Shown here one piece after another: positions 37,603 through 48,130 of a stretch of DNA of 64,000 nt (position 1 is the first letter of the stretch; each line of letters starts with the position of its first letter). The stretch comes from Candidatus Moranbacteria bacterium RIFOXYB1_FULL_43_19 (lineage in GTDB: Bacteria; Patescibacteriota; Minisyncoccia; Moranbacterales; UBA11712). The DNA lies in assembly GCA_001784875.1 (NCBI GenBank), contig MFSH01000015.1:47933-111932 (forward strand), given 5' to 3'. The notes beneath the pieces were generated by a model. It was not told the origin of the DNA, ran no database searches, and worked only from the letters and a program-made list of their open reading frames with translations. The translations under genes were made by a program, and so were the position numbers.

Positions 37603-38646
37603 ATGAAAAATCTGAAAGATTTAGATTTCAAAAACAAGCGTGTTCTTGTCCGGGCTGATTTCAACGTCCCTCTCGAAAATGGGGCGGTGAAAGACGATTT
37701 TCGGATCAAACTCTCTATTCCCACGCTGGAATATATTCTCAAGCAATCCCGATCAAAGATTGTAATTATTTCGCACTTGGGGCGACCTGATGGAAAAAAC
37801 GTGGCCGATTTTTCGTTGAAACCGGTTGCCCAAACTTTGTCGAAGCTCATGAAAAAGGAAGTGAAATTTATTGGCGGAATAAAAAGCGGGGAAGGAGACG
37901 AATGTGTCCGCAACCTTTCCGACGGTGAAATCGCTCTTACGGAAAACATCCGTTTCTATGCCGAGGAAGAAGCGAATGACGAAAAATTCGCCATTGATGT
38001 TTGCCACCATTTTGGCGTTTATGTCAACGACGCTTTCAGCGCTTCACATCGCGCTCACGCGACTATTGCCCAAATTCCGCGGTTCAAGCCATCCTGCGCC
38101 GGTTTTTTGATGCAAAAAGAGGTAGAAGAGCTTTCAAAGGCCTTGAAACCTGCCAAGAGGCCGTCTATGGCGATTATCGGCGGGGCGAAAATCGAGACGA
38201 AACTACCGGTGATTGAAAATCTGGCGAAAATTTATGACGTTGTCATTTTGGGAGGAAGAATATCCGTTGAGGCTAAGGAAAAAAATATGAAATTTTCACC
38301 AAATGTTGTTTTGCCGGAAGATTTTGCCGAAGGCAATTTTGATATCGGCCCTAAAACAACAGAAAAATATAAAATGGCTATATCTGCCGCATCTTTCGTA
38401 ATCTGGAACGGTCCGATGGGAAAATTTGAAGAAAAAGGATTCCGGCGGGGGACAGACGAAATTTATGAGGCTATAGTGGCTTCAGACGCCTACAAAATTG
38501 CCGGCGGCGGTGAATCGGTTGAATATATCAATATGAAAAATGGCGCGGAAAATTTTGATTTCATCTCCTCTGGCGGCGGAGCCATGCTTGAATTTTTGAG
38601 CGGGAAAAAACTGCCGGGAATTGATGCGCTGGAGAATAGTATTTAG
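37603..38646 (+). CDS. pgk: Phosphoglycerate kinase (short, 347 aa)
   Basis: RADFNVPL, SHLGRP motifs. Confidence 0.9.
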   Translation: MKNLKDLDFKNKRVLVRADFNVPLENGAVKDDFRIKLSIPTLEYILKQSRSKIVIISHLGRPDGKNVADFSLKPVAQTLSKLMKKEVKFIGGIKSGEGDECVRNLSDGEIALTENIRFYAEEEANDEKFAIDVCHHFGVYVNDAFSASHRAHATIAQIPRFKPSCAGFLMQKEVEELSKALKPAKRPSMAIIGGAKIETKLPVIENLAKIYDVVILGGRISVEAKEKNMKFSPNVVLPEDFAEGNFDIGPKTTEKYKMAISAASFVIWNGPMGKFEEKGFRRGTDEIYEAIVASDAYKIAGGGESVEYINMKNGAENFDFISSGGGAMLEFLSGKKLPGIDALENSI

Positions 38647-38652
38647 CAGTTG

Positions 38653-38677
38653 GTATCTGGTATTTAGTATTTTGTAT
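38653..38677. repeat. Second copy of the CTGGTATTTAGTATTTTGTAT intergenic element
   Basis: Exact 17-mer shared with the reverse complement of 27372-27390. Confidence 0.5.
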
Positions 38678-38684
38678 AAAAAAT

Positions 38685-39938
38685 ATGAATGCAATCAAAA
38701 AAATATCGGCTCTCGAGATTCTTGACTCCCGTGGCAACCCGACTGTAAAAGCAACTGTTGCACTCGAAAACGGCATTTTGGGTTCAGCAGCGGTGCCGTC
38801 CGGTGCTTCAACGGGAAAATACGAAGCTCTTGAGTTGCGGGACAGCGACACGCGCTACGGCGGGCAAGGGGTTTTGACGGCCTGTGACAATATCGAAAAA
38901 AATATTAGCAAAGAAATCAGCGGAATCGACGCTTTTGATCAGAAAAAAATTGACGAAATCCTTGTCGAAATGGACGGAACAGAAAACAAGTCGAATCTCG
39001 GGGCGAACGCGACGCTGGCAGTTTCCCTTGCCGCGGCCCGCGCTGCCGCAAAATCAGAAAATACTCCTCTTTTTGAGTATCTTGCCAAAAATTACAGCTT
39101 CCGAAAACCAAAAAATATTCCGACAGCATTCTTCAATATTTTGAACGGCGGAGCCCACGCCGATTCAGGTCTTTCTATCCAGGAATTTCAGATTATTCCG
39201 CGCGAGTTCGAAAATTTTTCTGAAAAAGTCCGGGTAGCCAGCGAAATTTTCCACAAGTTGAAAGAATTGCTGGTCGGCGCCGGATTTTCTGCCGGAGTGG
39301 GTGATGAGGGCGGATTTGCTCCAAAATTGGAAAGCAATGTCGAAGCTCTCGATTATGTCGAAAAAGCTATCGAAGAATCCGGATACAGTTTTGCCGGCAC
39401 GGTTTCGATAGGAATTGATGCCGCCGCGTCAAGTTTTTTCGAAAGCAGCCAGAGTAGCTATATCCTGAAACCGGAAAATATTTCTCTCGAGCCGGAGCGC
39501 CTCATTGCGCTTTATCAGGAATGGAAGAAAAAATACAAAATATTTTCAATTGAAGACGGTCTGGCGGAAGATGATTTTGAGAGCTGGAAAATGATGAATG
39601 GAAAAATGGGGGATAATACGCTTATTGTCGGTGATGATCTGCTGGCGACAAACAAAAACCGGCTAGAGAAAGCCTTGTCATTTTCAGCGATAAACGCGGC
39701 TATCGTAAAACCGAACCAAATCGGAACCCTTTCCGAAACAATGGAATTTATAAAAAAATGCCAGAAAAATAAGATAAAAATCGTCGTATCCCACCGAAGC
39801 GGAGAAACAGAAGACGATTTCATTGCTGATCTGGCCGTCGCCGCCGGCGCGGAATTCGTCAAATTCGGCGCCCCCTGCCGGGGGGAGCGGACGGCAAAAT
39901 ATAACCGTCTTCTGGAAATTGAAAATGAAATCAAATAA
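38685..39938 (+). CDS. eno: Enolase
   Basis: ILDSRGNPTV, SHRSGETED motifs. Confidence 0.95.
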   Translation: MNAIKKISALEILDSRGNPTVKATVALENGILGSAAVPSGASTGKYEALELRDSDTRYGGQGVLTACDNIEKNISKEISGIDAFDQKKIDEILVEMDGTENKSNLGANATLAVSLAAARAAAKSENTPLFEYLAKNYSFRKPKNIPTAFFNILNGGAHADSGLSIQEFQIIPREFENFSEKVRVASEIFHKLKELLVGAGFSAGVGDEGGFAPKLESNVEALDYVEKAIEESGYSFAGTVSIGIDAAASSFFESSQSSYILKPENISLEPERLIALYQEWKKKYKIFSIEDGLAEDDFESWKMMNGKMGDNTLIVGDDLLATNKNRLEKALSFSAINAAIVKPNQIGTLSETMEFIKKCQKNKIKIVVSHRSGETEDDFIADLAVAAGAEFVKFGAPCRGERTAKYNRLLEIENEIK

Positions 39939-39964
39939 ATACCCGTACCAAATTTTTACAAAAA

Positions 39965-41548
39965 ATGAGAAAATCGAAAACAATTTCAAAAACAGAAGTT
40001 CACGGGAATTTAGTGCGGGGTAAACCCACAATCCTTGCTATCCTCGACGGCTGGGGAATCGGCCCTAAAGACAAAACCAACGCGATCTGGCTTGCCAAGA
40101 CGCCGGCTTTTGACGCGCTCACGAAAAAATATCCCTATACCCAATTGGGCGCGACCGGCTCTAATGTCGGCCTCGATAATCATCAGACAAGCGGCTCGGA
40201 AACCGGGCATATGAATATCGGCGCCGGCCGCGTTGTTCCACAGGATTCGAGAAAAATATCCGAAAGTATCAATACCGGAACATTTTTTCACAATCCGGCT
40301 TTCTTAGGGGCAATCTCGCACATCAAAAAAAATAATTCCGATTTGCATCTTATGGGGCTTCTTGGAAATGAGGACAGTCCTCATATGAATCCCTATCATC
40401 TCGAAGCCCTTCTTCTGCTCGCGAAAAGAAATAATATAAAAAATGTTTATATCCATTTTTTCACGGATGGGCGGGATTCATATCCAAAAAGCGCGCTCCA
40501 GCATCTTGCCAGTTGGGAAAAAAATATCGAACAAATCGGGGTCGGGAAAATTGCAAGCCTCATCGGCCGCTTTTGGGCGATGGATAGAGCCAAAAATTGG
40601 AACCGGTTGAAGACAGCCTATGATCTTTTGGCAAGCGGTAAGGGGAAAAAATTCAACGTGGCATCCGAGGCGGTGAGATATGCTTATCAAAAAAAACTTA
40701 CCGACGAATACATAAAGCCGTCAGTGATGGCCGAAAAAGGGAAACCAATCGCCAGAATAAAAAATAATGATTCCGTGATTTTTTTCAATCTGCGCTCCGA
40801 CCGCGCCCGCCAATTCACAAAACTCTTCGTCCTTGAAAAATCAAAAGAGACAAGGTTGCCCTCTCCGCGGCTCAAAAATCTGTATTTTGTCGCTATGTCC
40901 AATTTTGGCCCCGATCTTCCGGTGCACACCGCCTTTCAGGACCATCCGCTGAATGGAACTTTGCCTGTGGCGCTGGCCGAATTTTCTCAATTATATATCG
41001 CCGAAAAAGAAAAATTTGCCCATATTACCTATTTTTTAAATGGCGGCTACGCGGACTCACTCAACGGCGAGGATCGTCTGATGGTTCCGTCACCGGTTAC
41101 CGACAATTATGCCAAGATTCCCCAGATGTCCGCCGGGAAAATCACGCAAACAGTTTTGGATTTTTTGAAAAAAAGAAAATATGATTTCACTGCAATCAAT
41201 TTCGCCAACGCCGACATGGTCGGACATACGGGAAATATGAAGGCAACGATCAAAGCGGTCGAAGTCGTGGACAAATCTCTCGCGAGAATATACAAAGAGC
41301 TCGCGAAGTTCGACGGGAATCTTGTCATTGCGGCTGATCACGGAAACGCTGACTGCATGTGGGACGCGAAAGCCAAACTACCCATGACTTTCCACACCAA
41401 AAATCCGGTTCCGCTGGTTATTTGCGCCGACAGGTTTCGCAGAAAGAAGCTCGCGTCTGGTGGAGTGCTGGGAAACATTGCGCCGACATTGTGTGATATA
41501 ATGGGAGTGAACAAATTGAGGGAAATGAAGTTAAAAAGTTTGTTATAA
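39965..41548 (+). CDS. gpmI: 2,3-bisphosphoglycerate-independent phosphoglycerate mutase
   Basis: ILDGWG, ADHGN motifs; 527 aa. Confidence 0.9.
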   Translation: MRKSKTISKTEVHGNLVRGKPTILAILDGWGIGPKDKTNAIWLAKTPAFDALTKKYPYTQLGATGSNVGLDNHQTSGSETGHMNIGAGRVVPQDSRKISESINTGTFFHNPAFLGAISHIKKNNSDLHLMGLLGNEDSPHMNPYHLEALLLLAKRNNIKNVYIHFFTDGRDSYPKSALQHLASWEKNIEQIGVGKIASLIGRFWAMDRAKNWNRLKTAYDLLASGKGKKFNVASEAVRYAYQKKLTDEYIKPSVMAEKGKPIARIKNNDSVIFFNLRSDRARQFTKLFVLEKSKETRLPSPRLKNLYFVAMSNFGPDLPVHTAFQDHPLNGTLPVALAEFSQLYIAEKEKFAHITYFLNGGYADSLNGEDRLMVPSPVTDNYAKIPQMSAGKITQTVLDFLKKRKYDFTAINFANADMVGHTGNMKATIKAVEVVDKSLARIYKELAKFDGNLVIAADHGNADCMWDAKAKLPMTFHTKNPVPLVICADRFRRKKLASGGVLGNIAPTLCDIMGVNKLREMKLKSLL

Positions 41549-41591
41549 TTCAGCTTGGCTTTGAGGAATCCCGTCTCTTGCGAGAGGCGGG

Positions 41592-42476
41592 ATGAAAAAG
41601 CTTAGCTTTGAAAAAAATATGATATACGATTTAATCAGCATTGGCTCGACTACCAAAGATATTTTTCTTCTCACTGACCGGGGAAAAATTTTTAAAACAC
41701 CAGATGATAAATTGGCGCCTGTTTGGCTCGGTTTTGAATTGGGAGAAAAAATTTCTATCCAGGAAATTGTGGAAAGCGGCGGCGGAGTAGCAACGAATTT
41801 GTCGCTGGGAACAAAAAAGTTGGGCTTGAATTCTTTTCCAATGGGGCCGGCCAAGCCGGCCATCTCCGTGATTATAGTTGACAAAAGGACGGGCGAACGG
41901 ATTATTTTCTACCAAAAATCATCCGGCGCCGTGAAGCTCAAGTCGCTTCGGAGCAAAAAAACAAAATATCTCTCCGTTTCCTCCCTCACCGGAAACTGGA
42001 GCCGGCAGGCAAACGAAATTCTGGCTTATAAAAAGAAAAACAAAGCAAAGCTAATTGTTGCACCCAGCACGAGCATGATTCGGGACGGATTTAGCAATTT
42101 AAGAAAATTGCTCAAAAACACCGAAATATTATTTCTTAATAAAAATGAAGCCATTGAAATTGCTGTAAATGACAAAGTTGAAACTTCAAACGTAAATAAT
42201 TTGATCAAATTTTTACATAGGCTCGGACCAAAAATCGTTTGTCTTACAGATGGAATGAAGGGCGCTTGGGCCAGTGATGGAAAAAATATTTTCCACTCGC
42301 CGATTAAAAAAGTAAAGACTATCGATGTTACCGGCGCAGGGGACGCGTTCGCCGCCGGATTTCTGGGAGTATACATCAGGGAAAAAGATATCCAAAAAAG
42401 CCTGAAAATGGGAATTTCGAACAGTGCCAGTGTCGTTCGCCATATCGGAACGACAAAGGGTTTGCTAAAAAAATGA
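41592..42476 (+). CDS. PfkB-family carbohydrate/nucleoside kinase (ribokinase-like)
   Basis: DVTGAGDAFAAGF PfkB signature. Confidence 0.75.
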   Translation: MKKLSFEKNMIYDLISIGSTTKDIFLLTDRGKIFKTPDDKLAPVWLGFELGEKISIQEIVESGGGVATNLSLGTKKLGLNSFPMGPAKPAISVIIVDKRTGERIIFYQKSSGAVKLKSLRSKKTKYLSVSSLTGNWSRQANEILAYKKKNKAKLIVAPSTSMIRDGFSNLRKLLKNTEILFLNKNEAIEIAVNDKVETSNVNNLIKFLHRLGPKIVCLTDGMKGAWASDGKNIFHSPIKKVKTIDVTGAGDAFAAGFLGVYIREKDIQKSLKMGISNSASVVRHIGTTKGLLKK

Positions 42477-44551
42477 GAAATCTCACAAAATTTTTCAATC
42501 CCAGATCCATCGCCATTGTCGGCGCATCTCCTAATAGAAAAAAATTGGGAAATATTTTGGTAAAAAATATTATTTCTTGTGGTTGGAAAGGGAAACTATA
42601 TTTCGTCAATCCGAAATATACGACAAGAAAAAAAGAATATTATGCAAATCTGGGCAAAATAAGAAAGCCGGTAGATTTGGCGCTAATCGCCATACCGGCG
42701 CCGGTGGTGAACGCAGTTTTAAAAGAAGGAGCCTTATCGAAACCCAAAATTGAAAACTACGTCGTTATTTCCGCCGGATTCAAGGAAGCTGGAAAAAAAG
42801 GGGGAAAACTTGAAGAAGAACTCAAGAAAATAGCCAATGATTTTCGATTGAACATTTTGGGGCCAAATTGCCTTGGTTTTATAAATACTTTGAAAAACTT
42901 AAACGCGACCTTTACTGATGCGCGGGTAAAAAAAGGAAAAATTGCCATTGTTTCGCAATCCGGAGCGCTGGAGGTTGCCCTTCTCGATTGGGCAGAAGAA
43001 TGCGAAGCTGGTTTTTCTAAGGCGATTTCAATAGGAAATAAGGCTGTTCTTGGCGAAAATGAAGTGCTGAATTATCTCAATAAAGATAAAAGTACGGGCG
43101 CCATCGCTCTCTATCTCGAAGACATAAAAGACGGTGCAGAATTTGTCCGTGCTACTTCGGACATAAATTGCAAAAAACCCATCGCGGTTATAAAGGCCGG
43201 CAAAAGCAAAGCCGGTCAAAAAGCCATTGCTTCTCATACTGGCTCGCTGGCGCAGGACGAAAGCGTAATCGAGGCTGTGTTCAAAAAACTAGGCATTATT
43301 AAGGCAGAATCCGTGGAGCAGTTCCAGGATCTTATTTCTTATCTAGAATACAATAAAATCCCCCAAAGCGATAAAATCATTGTAGTCACGAATGCGGGGG
43401 GACTGGGCGTTCTTTCTGCCGACTTTATCGGCGAGTCCAAAAAAATTGATCTGCTGCCTTTTTCAGAAAATGTTAAAAAATATTTCAAAGAAATTCTTCC
43501 TCCAGGGGCTTCCGTAGAAAATCCAATTGACATTTTAGGCGATGCATCTCCGCAGCGCTACCAGGCAGTCCTCGAGATTATTTCGAAAAAATTTAGCTCT
43601 CATCCGCTTCTAGTGGTCCTCACCCCTCAAAATCAAACCAATCCCTTGAAAGTCGCAAAAATACTCGGGTCCTTCCGCAAAAATTTTGGCTCGATTTCAG
43701 CCTCCTTTGTAGGGGGAACGAAAATAAAAGAAGCCTTGAAAGAATTGGAGAAGAAAAAAGTGCCTAATTTTGAAAGTCCCGAAAGGGCGCTCCTGACACT
43801 TCAGGAAGCCATGGAGCAAAAGACTTGCCAAAGGAATATGTCAGCCGCGGTCGAAAAGAAAAAAATTCACCTGAAAATCAAGAAAAATTTTGTACCGGAA
43901 AAGGCAAAAGCTGAAAAAAGAGATCTTCTTTCTTGGAAGGAAACGGAAGTATTTTTCAGAAAGTACAAAATCAATCTGACGAAATCCCAGTCTGTGAAAA
44001 GCTTCAAAGAAATAAACCTTAAAAAAACGAAGTTTCCCTGCGTACTCAAAACTGATGATCCCGAAATAGTGCACCGCTGGGAAAAGAAAGCCGTATTTAT
44101 AAATTTAAGAAATATAAATAAACTGAAATCTGCCTGGAGCAGAATAGCGAAGAAGACAAGTGCCAAAAATTTTCTCCTTCAGCCGATGATCGATCCTGGT
44201 TTTGAAATAATAATCGGAATGAAAAGGGATCAAAACTTTGGCCCTGTTGTCATTGTTGGCGGTGGCGGAACGTTCGCGGAGATATTCAAAGACCGTGCTA
44301 TTCTTGTCCCGCCTTTTTCGGAAAAAGATGTGAAAGAGAGCCTCTCCGGCTTGAAAATATTTCCAATTCTAAATGGATTTCGCGGTGAAAATGAATACAA
44401 TATAGACGAAATAGCAACACTTGCCGTGGCTCTGCAGAATATCGCCATCGAAAATTCCGACATTTCGCAAATTGATATAAATCCAGTGATACTCTATAAT
44501 AACGGTAGCAAGTATCAGATTGTAGACGCAAAAGTTTATCTTAAATACTAA
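42473..44551 (+). CDS. ADP-forming acetyl-CoA synthetase (fused alpha/beta; NDP-forming acyl-CoA synthetase)
   Basis: CoA-binding SIAIVGAS, succinyl-CoA-synthetase-like ligase-CoA domain plus C-terminal ATP-grasp; 692 aa; ATGA overlap with the PfkB gene. Confidence 0.8.
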   Translation: MRNLTKFFNPRSIAIVGASPNRKKLGNILVKNIISCGWKGKLYFVNPKYTTRKKEYYANLGKIRKPVDLALIAIPAPVVNAVLKEGALSKPKIENYVVISAGFKEAGKKGGKLEEELKKIANDFRLNILGPNCLGFINTLKNLNATFTDARVKKGKIAIVSQSGALEVALLDWAEECEAGFSKAISIGNKAVLGENEVLNYLNKDKSTGAIALYLEDIKDGAEFVRATSDINCKKPIAVIKAGKSKAGQKAIASHTGSLAQDESVIEAVFKKLGIIKAESVEQFQDLISYLEYNKIPQSDKIIVVTNAGGLGVLSADFIGESKKIDLLPFSENVKKYFKEILPPGASVENPIDILGDASPQRYQAVLEIISKKFSSHPLLVVLTPQNQTNPLKVAKILGSFRKNFGSISASFVGGTKIKEALKELEKKKVPNFESPERALLTLQEAMEQKTCQRNMSAAVEKKKIHLKIKKNFVPEKAKAEKRDLLSWKETEVFFRKYKINLTKSQSVKSFKEINLKKTKFPCVLKTDDPEIVHRWEKKAVFINLRNINKLKSAWSRIAKKTSAKNFLLQPMIDPGFEIIIGMKRDQNFGPVVIVGGGGTFAEIFKDRAILVPPFSEKDVKESLSGLKIFPILNGFRGENEYNIDEIATLAVALQNIAIENSDISQIDINPVILYNNGSKYQIVDAKVYLKY

Positions 44552-44609
44552 CATTATCCCAGCTTTAATGCGGGTATTTTCCTGGCATTGGGAATTGGGA
44601 GGAATTTAT

Positions 44610-45170
44610 ATGACAAAACCAAGGATTCTCATTGTTGATGACAACGATGTTGTCAGGGAAACATATGCTCAGGTTTTTAAGCAAAAAGGCTTTAACGTCA
44701 TTTCGGCAGTTGATGGAGTAGAGGGAGTCGATTTTGCTACAAAAGAAATTCCAAATGTGATCCTGACCGGAATTGTTATGCCTCGCATGGACGGGTTCCA
44801 ACTGATCAGAACTCTTCAGGAGAATGTACAAACCAGGGAAATTCCAATTGCCATTATTTCTCATTTGGGGCGCGAAGAAGATCGGAGAAAAGCCCAAGAA
44901 CTGGGCATTAACGAATTTATTGTCCAGGGAGCAGCCTCAGTGAATGAAATAGTTGAAAGAATAAAAAATCTTGTGAAAGACGGTGAGAGTTTCAAGCTAA
45001 GCTTTGATCCCTATGCCTGGGATGCCCCGAGAATGGCAAAAACTCTTCCTGGCAAGAGTTTCAACTGCCCGAATTGCCAGGAAAAAATGATCCTGGAAGT
45101 GATTCCCAAACCAGAAGGAGCTGGATATAACGCTGCCCTAAAGTGTCAAAAATGCAATTATATTTTATAG
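44610..45170 (+). CDS. Pseudo-receiver domain protein with a C-terminal zinc ribbon
   Basis: REC fold with DD pocket (LIVDDN), but the phospho-acceptor is Gly (VILTGIVMPRMDG) and the conserved Lys is Gln; C-terminal CPNCQ...CQKC; GGGAGG RBS 8 nt before ATG 44610. Confidence 0.6.
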   Translation: MTKPRILIVDDNDVVRETYAQVFKQKGFNVISAVDGVEGVDFATKEIPNVILTGIVMPRMDGFQLIRTLQENVQTREIPIAIISHLGREEDRRKAQELGINEFIVQGAASVNEIVERIKNLVKDGESFKLSFDPYAWDAPRMAKTLPGKSFNCPNCQEKMILEVIPKPEGAGYNAALKCQKCNYIL

Positions 45171-45203
45171 ATATGTTTTTCCGCGAGAGATTCTCAGCAT
45201 TTT

Positions 45204-46910
45204 ATGAATTGGAAGCTTAAAGAAAATCCGCAAATTCCGGCTGGACTAAAATCAGCATCCTTGAGCCAAATAACTCTCCGATTACTTCTTCAGAGAGGTT
45301 TTTTTTCAAAAGAGAAAATAGAAAAATTTTTGATGGCTCGCTATGAAGACCTCCATTCACCGGATGATCTTTCTGGTGTGAGCGAAGCAGTTGCGAGAAT
45401 TGGAAAAGCAAAAGATAGAAAAGAATCCGTGACAGTTTTTGGGGATTATGACGCCGATGGCATCACCTCGACCGTGCTGCTCAAGGAATCTTTGGAAGAA
45501 ATTGGCATTTCCCCGTCAACATATATTCCGGATCGCAACAAGGAAGGATACGGAATAAACAAGGAAGCAATTGATTTTTTGGAAAAAGAATATAAGACGA
45601 AACTTCTCATCACTGTTGACTGTGGTATATCGAACCGCGAGGAAATAAAATACTGCTCCCGAAAAGGGATGGAAGTTATCGTTGTCGATCACCACTCCCT
45701 GCCTAAAAAACTTCCGGAAAAATCTATTCTTATAAACCCCAAGCTGCCGAATCAGGAGTATCCTTTCAAGGATCTGGCGGGTGTTGGCGTAGCTTTCAAG
45801 CTATGCCAGGCCCTCTGGAAAAAATTTATACCTAAAAAAATCGGCCAGTTGAAATGGCTTCTTGATTTGGTGGCGATCGGAACAGTCGCTGACTGCGTAC
45901 CCTTGGTTGATGAGAATAGGATTTTCACCAAATTCGGACTGGTTGTCCTCCAAAAGACAAAAAGGACAGGCGTTCAGGAAATCATAAAAACAGCTCGTCT
46001 CAACATAAGCGAAGCCAGCCCCCCAAGCGCGAAAAATATCGCTTTTCAGATTGGTCCGCGCCTCAATGCGGCCGGAAGAATGGATCATGCTGATCTCACT
46101 CTCAATCTGCTTTTAGAAAAAGATGTTGTGAAAGCCCGCGTAGCGGCACTCGAGCTTGAGGCAAAAAACAGCGAGCGGCAAAAAATGACTCAGGAAATAT
46201 TTGCGGAAGTAAAGTCAACCCTGGAAGACAACGAAAAATACAAACTGATAATCCGGAAGGGTAAAAACTGGCCGCTTGGCATCTTGGGTGTGGTGGCCGG
46301 AAAAGTGGCAGAGGAATACCACTGCCCGACTTTCATTCTCCGCGAAAACAATGAAATTCTGGAGGGTTCAGGAAGAAGCATTGATGTTTTCAATCTTATC
46401 GAAGCGGTTTCGAGCCTCAGCGGACAGCTTGAAAAATATGGCGGTCATTCCCAAGCGATGGGAATCAAGATAAAACCGAAAAATTTGCCCCAGTTTGAAA
46501 AAAATTTGCTCAAAATTATCGAAAAAGGCTATGATGAAAATACCTGGGGGAAAAGGATTCAAATTGACGCGGAAATACGGCCTCAAGAAATTGACTGGGA
46601 CATTCTTTCGGAAATCAGAAAATTTGAGCCTTTCGGCGAAGGCAACCGCGAGCCCGTATTTTTGACAAAAGGCTTGTTTGTTCTTGGGATTCGGCAGGTT
46701 GGAAACGGACAAAAGCATCTCAAATTTGTTTTCGGATCCGACAATTCCGGAAAAAGGTCTTTTGAAGGGATTTTTTTTAAAGGAGGGGATTTCTTTTCCA
46801 AGTTTCGGTCTGGAGACAGGGTTGCGGTTGTTTATAATCTAAGGTCGAATGAATGGAGCGGAAACCGCAAGATCGAGCTGGACATCATTGACTTGAAAAA
46901 AGACAAGTAA
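45204..46910 (+). CDS. recJ: Single-stranded-DNA-specific exonuclease RecJ
   Basis: DHH motifs VFGDYDADGITS, VDHH; DHHA1 domain. Confidence 0.85.
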   Translation: MNWKLKENPQIPAGLKSASLSQITLRLLLQRGFFSKEKIEKFLMARYEDLHSPDDLSGVSEAVARIGKAKDRKESVTVFGDYDADGITSTVLLKESLEEIGISPSTYIPDRNKEGYGINKEAIDFLEKEYKTKLLITVDCGISNREEIKYCSRKGMEVIVVDHHSLPKKLPEKSILINPKLPNQEYPFKDLAGVGVAFKLCQALWKKFIPKKIGQLKWLLDLVAIGTVADCVPLVDENRIFTKFGLVVLQKTKRTGVQEIIKTARLNISEASPPSAKNIAFQIGPRLNAAGRMDHADLTLNLLLEKDVVKARVAALELEAKNSERQKMTQEIFAEVKSTLEDNEKYKLIIRKGKNWPLGILGVVAGKVAEEYHCPTFILRENNEILEGSGRSIDVFNLIEAVSSLSGQLEKYGGHSQAMGIKIKPKNLPQFEKNLLKIIEKGYDENTWGKRIQIDAEIRPQEIDWDILSEIRKFEPFGEGNREPVFLTKGLFVLGIRQVGNGQKHLKFVFGSDNSGKRSFEGIFFKGGDFFSKFRSGDRVAVVYNLRSNEWSGNRKIELDIIDLKKDK

Positions 46911-46945
46911 TTTTTGTCTGCTGGCATTTTTTTATAAATCATAAT

Positions 46946-47392
46946 TTGACCAATATGAATAAAGTTCGAATCTTTAGCGATGGAGCGGCAAGGGGAAATC
47001 CCGGGCCTTCAGGAGTTGGTGTTGTTATCGAAGTTGGAGCGAGCAAAAAAAACTATCGCGAATTTATTGGTTATGCGACAAACAATGAAGCCGAATACAA
47101 AGCGCTCATTTTCGCCCTTCAGAAAGTGAAGCTCATTTTTGGAAAAGCGAAAAGCAAAAACTTGAATGTCGAATGTTTTTTGGACAGCGAACTAATCGTG
47201 AAACAGCTGAACCACGAATACAAGGTTCTTGAAGAAAATATCCAAAAATTTTTTCTCCTCCTTTGGAATCTTTCCACCGATTTCAAGGAAGTGAAGTATT
47301 TTCATATACCAAGAGCCAAAAATTCGGAAGCAGACAGATTGGCGAATATGGCTCTGGACGAGGCAACCCGGGCCCAAAGCCGCATGTTTTGA
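46946..47392 (+). CDS. rnhA: Ribonuclease HI
   Basis: DGAARGNPGP...NNEAEYKALIFAL...ADRLAN catalytic DEDD residues. Confidence 0.9.
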   Translation: MTNMNKVRIFSDGAARGNPGPSGVGVVIEVGASKKNYREFIGYATNNEAEYKALIFALQKVKLIFGKAKSKNLNVECFLDSELIVKQLNHEYKVLEENIQKFFLLLWNLSTDFKEVKYFHIPRAKNSEADRLANMALDEATRAQSRMF

Positions 47393-47397
47393 AGATT

Positions 47398-47426
47398 AAA
47401 AAGGCTTATAGAAGCCTTTTTAATTT
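47398..47426 (+). terminator. Rho-independent terminator after rnhA
   Basis: aaggctt-atag-aagcctt hairpin followed by TTTTTAATTTT; nearly identical to the hairpin at 23134. Confidence 0.6.
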
Positions 47427-47436
47427 TGTTCTGGCA

Positions 47437-47465
47437 TTGACAGAGGGAAAAATATGCTATAATAT
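47437..47465 (+). promoter_or_regulatory. Putative sigma70-type promoter for rnpB
   Basis: TTGACA-15/16 nt-TATAAT immediately upstream of the predicted P1 5' strand. Confidence 0.5.
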
Positions 47466-47470
47466 GGGTA

Positions 47471-48130
47471 GTTAGTTAAGGCCGGATAACCGCCTCGGTG
47501 TCTACGAATTACGAATCAAATACAAATATACGAATACTAAAAATTAGTAATTCGTATATTCGTAAAGCGAAGCGTATTAGTAATTCGTAGACATCTGGGA
47601 GGAAAGTCCGGACACCTGCTGATGCTGCGCATCAGCAAAGGGGCAATGGATAACACCCATCGGGCGCAGTGAAAACTGCGCTTAGGGAAAGTGTCCCCCT
47701 CACGGGGGATCTCCCGCAAGGGAGGCCACAGAGACTATACGACCCGCCCAAGTTTTTGACTTTTGAAGAGGTCCGACCGCGCGACCAAAAAAGAATGCGG
47801 ACGGACCTCGTCAAAAACTTGGGCGGACAAAGGTGAAAAGCGGGTTGATGTTAGATATCTTGCTCACGTGAAATATTTAGCTGCAACTCGAATCGACCGG
47901 TGACGGTCGAAGTTTGGCAAACCCTGCCTGGTGCAAGCCTGAGCCTCGATTCTATATCGGGGAAGGCGCTTGATCCCGACGGTAACGCCGGGGCTAGATA
48001 AATGGTTATCTCATCCCTCACCACTTTTTGTGAATTTATTCCCAAATATTTTCTTGAGGCAGTAAGAATTTTATTCAGTGAAAGTGGTGAGGGATAAGAC
48101 AGAATCCGGCTTACAGGCCTTAGCTAACAT
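47471..48130 (+). ncRNA. rnpB: RNase P RNA, bacterial type A, with expanded P3, P12 and a 3'-domain insertion helix
   Basis: P1 pairing GTTAGTTAAGGCC / GGCCTTAGCTAAC; P4 GGAGGAAAGTCCGGAC and ACAGAATCCGGCTTA; ACAGAGA...CCGCC; AAAGGTGAAAAG; GGCTAGATAAATGG; terminal T-run. Confidence 0.75.
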
